This document shows positions 61,860 to 64,000 of a stretch of DNA of 64,000 nucleotides, in pieces. Below the pieces are notes generated by a model. The model saw nothing but the letters and a program-made list of their open reading frames with translations. It was not told where the DNA came from and did not search any database. This DNA comes from Patellaria atrata CBS 101060 (Eukaryota). The translations under genes were made by a program, and so were the position numbers. The stretch spans positions 62,001-126,000 of the forward strand of contig MU006114.1 in the NCBI GenBank assembly GCA_010093705.1, read 5' to 3'. Within the stretch, counting starts at the first letter, position 1; the number at the start of each line of letters is the position of its first letter.

Positions 61860-63067
61860 ATGTCACTGCCTCCCAAATCAAATCTAAGTGACCTACTCTC
61901 TTCCAAACTTGCAACTCGCGGGCGAGGAAGAGGGAGAGGTCTGGGTCCTAACAGAGGGGATGAGCGCACCGACGAAGACAAAGATAGGATTGTTCAGAAG
62001 ACGGACGAAGATGCATCCGTCTCGAGAATGAGTGCAGTAGGATTAGGGTATCTCGAGGATCCGTTCACTAGGGCTTTTGTTAAGGGACAAATACCTCGTA
62101 GATACCCTATCATCAATCGAGGTAAATCAACTGCAAACTGGAACCTCAATCGATTATGCTGACTCTCCTAGGCACGTACGTTCGAACAACTGCTATTGAT
62201 ACCCTTGTAAATAGGTTCTTGGCTCAGAGACCATCAGAACCGAAACAGATAATATCTCTGGGAGCGGGCTCTGATACGAGATTCTTTCGTATCATCTCCA
62301 AGAATCAGTCAATAGCACTAACTTATCACGAGTTGGACTTTCCGACCAACACTTCCCTGAAGATACAGTGTATCCAGCAATCTCATGGTTTACTGTCCAT
62401 CGTCCAAGCCAAGTTGAAAGCCCCCTCCGAGTTGTCTATATCTCCTGACGGGACAACCTTAACATCACCAAATTACAATATTCTCCCAATGGATCTTCGA
62501 AACCTTTCACAAAACCAGTCATCCTCTCATTCAAATCCTCTCTTATCTCTTTCCAATTTCTCAACTGCAGTTCCTACTCTTATCCTTTCCGAATGCTGTT
62601 TAGTGTATTTGTCTCCACAGTATGCCGATAGCGTTCTACATACTTTAGCCAAAGAACTATTTCCATCTTCTACTGCTCTTGGTTTCATTCTCTACGAGCC
62701 TATTCGTCCCAATGATGCATTTGGACGTGTAATGATTTCAAATCTTGCAACTCGCGGTATACACCTACAAACCCTTAAAAAATATTCATCTCTTACACGA
62801 CAAAGACAGAGACTGCTGATTAGTGGGTTTGAGAGCGGCCAAGGCGCTTCTGATGTTGACTTTATTTGGAATAATTGGATAGATGAAGCAGAAAAGGAAA
62901 GGATTGCCAATCTTGAAATGTTTGATGAAATTGAGGAGTGGAGGATGCTCGGGAAACACTATTGTGTTGCTTGGGGTTGGAGAGATGGTGCGGACAACCA
63001 GCCCATATTTACTCCGGCATGGTATGAGGTTATAAGCCAGGATGAAATCGAGGATGATATTGGTTAA
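61860..63067 (+). CDS. PPM1: Leucine carboxyl methyltransferase 1 (PP2A methyltransferase)
   Basis: Intron 62122-62171. VQKTDEDASVSRMSAVGLGYLEDPF..RRYPIINRG|TYVRT..KQIISLGAGSDTRFF..ELDFP..PTLILSECCLVYL..YEPIRPNDAFGRVMISNL..LEMFDEIEEW..HYCVAW. Confidence 0.94.
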
Positions 63068-63530
63068 GCAGAAGATTGATCACTAGGTACAGCAACAGTC
63101 GAATATGGCTTGAGCGAACTTAAAGCTCTCGCCCATAGTGTTTGTATGTTCGCTCTATCAAGCGGAAACGATCCATGTATAATTGGAGTTACCTCTATGC
63201 TTTACGGAGTAAAGCGTAATTGTGCAAAATACCCTCCTAGGTATTCACTTCCATATCTTTTTACGACAAGCATTCATCTCATTACGCTGCATGTGACGCG
63301 GTGACAGGTGCGGAATATATCGCGCTAATATAATTGGCACAAGGGATGAGAAATGGGCGAAGTGCCAAGATATCTAGCTCAAAGTGGGTTAGTTTCAGCC
63401 TTTCCAGCGCTCCTAACTTCAACGTTCGCGAACTCTCGACGCGAAAAACATCCCAAAGCTCTGACATCTAGATTATTGTGCAAACCTGCATTACTGGTTC
63501 ACGATATCCAGTATCACTGTTACTGATAAA

Positions 63531-64000
63531 ATGCAAGACCCCAGTCAAGGTGTCCCCGGTCATCTTGTAAGCTTTTCAGCTCCCTTATTATTCAAAAGTT
63601 TGATATTGACTGACCTTCAAAAAGCTCCCCCACGTCCATTTGATATCGTCCTATCGTTTTCCAACGCAAGCTCGGCCAGATCTTCAAGATGCGCTCTCAA
63701 AACTCCTCGAAGCGCCTAGAATTGTTCGAGACCTTGCCCCAATGTCATGGACATATCTCACAACTCCCCTACCTGATGGTACTATGATTTTGACGTGGCA
63801 ACCACACAATCAGAGACAAACAAGGTTTGCAAGCGATGGTATCGTGTGGGCAGATCCGGAAGTGACTTACCACCATGAAGTTCGCGGCTATGTCAGTATT
63901 CCTTAGGATTATAAATGAGGTTACGCTGATGTTTCCTAAGACACTTGAAATTCTAGTCCATCGTACAGGATATGCTCCTGTCCGAGAGCAAATTGCCAGT
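63531..64000 (+). CDS. SSR4: SWI/SNF and RSC complexes subunit Ssr4, 5' part; runs off the right edge
   Basis: Introns 63567-63624 and 63892-63940. MQDPSQGVPGHL|LPHVHLISSYRFP..LLEAPRIVRDLAPMSWTYL..PDGTMILTWQP..FASDGIVWADPE..GY|TLEILVHRTGY. Confidence 0.85.

Overview
Eukaryotic DNA from a filamentous ascomycete (Pezizomycotina, probably a Dothideomycete; inferred from gene families and short GT-AG introns with CTRAY branch points). I rebuilt spliced gene models by hand, so most short ORF-track entries are exon fragments or antisense shadows. Left core block: CFT2/CPSF100 (partial, minus), an Acr-2-like AT-hook/Zn2Cys6 factor, a full-size non-PDR ABCG transporter, a Ser/Thr-rich secreted DUF7371-like protein, a Cps3/Lee1 CCCH protein and AIP1. 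A ~17 kb gene-poor, decaying island follows (about 24.9-41.8 kb). It holds an 820-bp non-autonomous element with 166-bp terminal inverted repeats, a Myb/SANT-like pseudogene, a HeLo-like/NACHT/ankyrin NLR pseudogene and one intact 3-exon 145-aa gene that the ORF track misses. Right core block: kelch-repeat membrane protein, Kar9/MigA, calponin-homology protein, acylphosphatase, alternative oxidase, alcohol oxidase, RPB5, PPM1 and SSR4 (partial). Most notable signals: a TM-encoding ORF nested in a long first intron in the same splice phase as exon 1; an intron that seems to need a non-canonical TCG acceptor, alongside many AAG acceptors (7 of 38 introns); an in-frame ATG-ACA-CTG-TAA mini-ORF ahead of an 82-codon open extension of the Acr-2-like gene; sharp C-rich to G-rich switches near four gene ends. 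No rRNA, tRNA or CRISPR is supported. Family names come from recalled motifs, not database searches.
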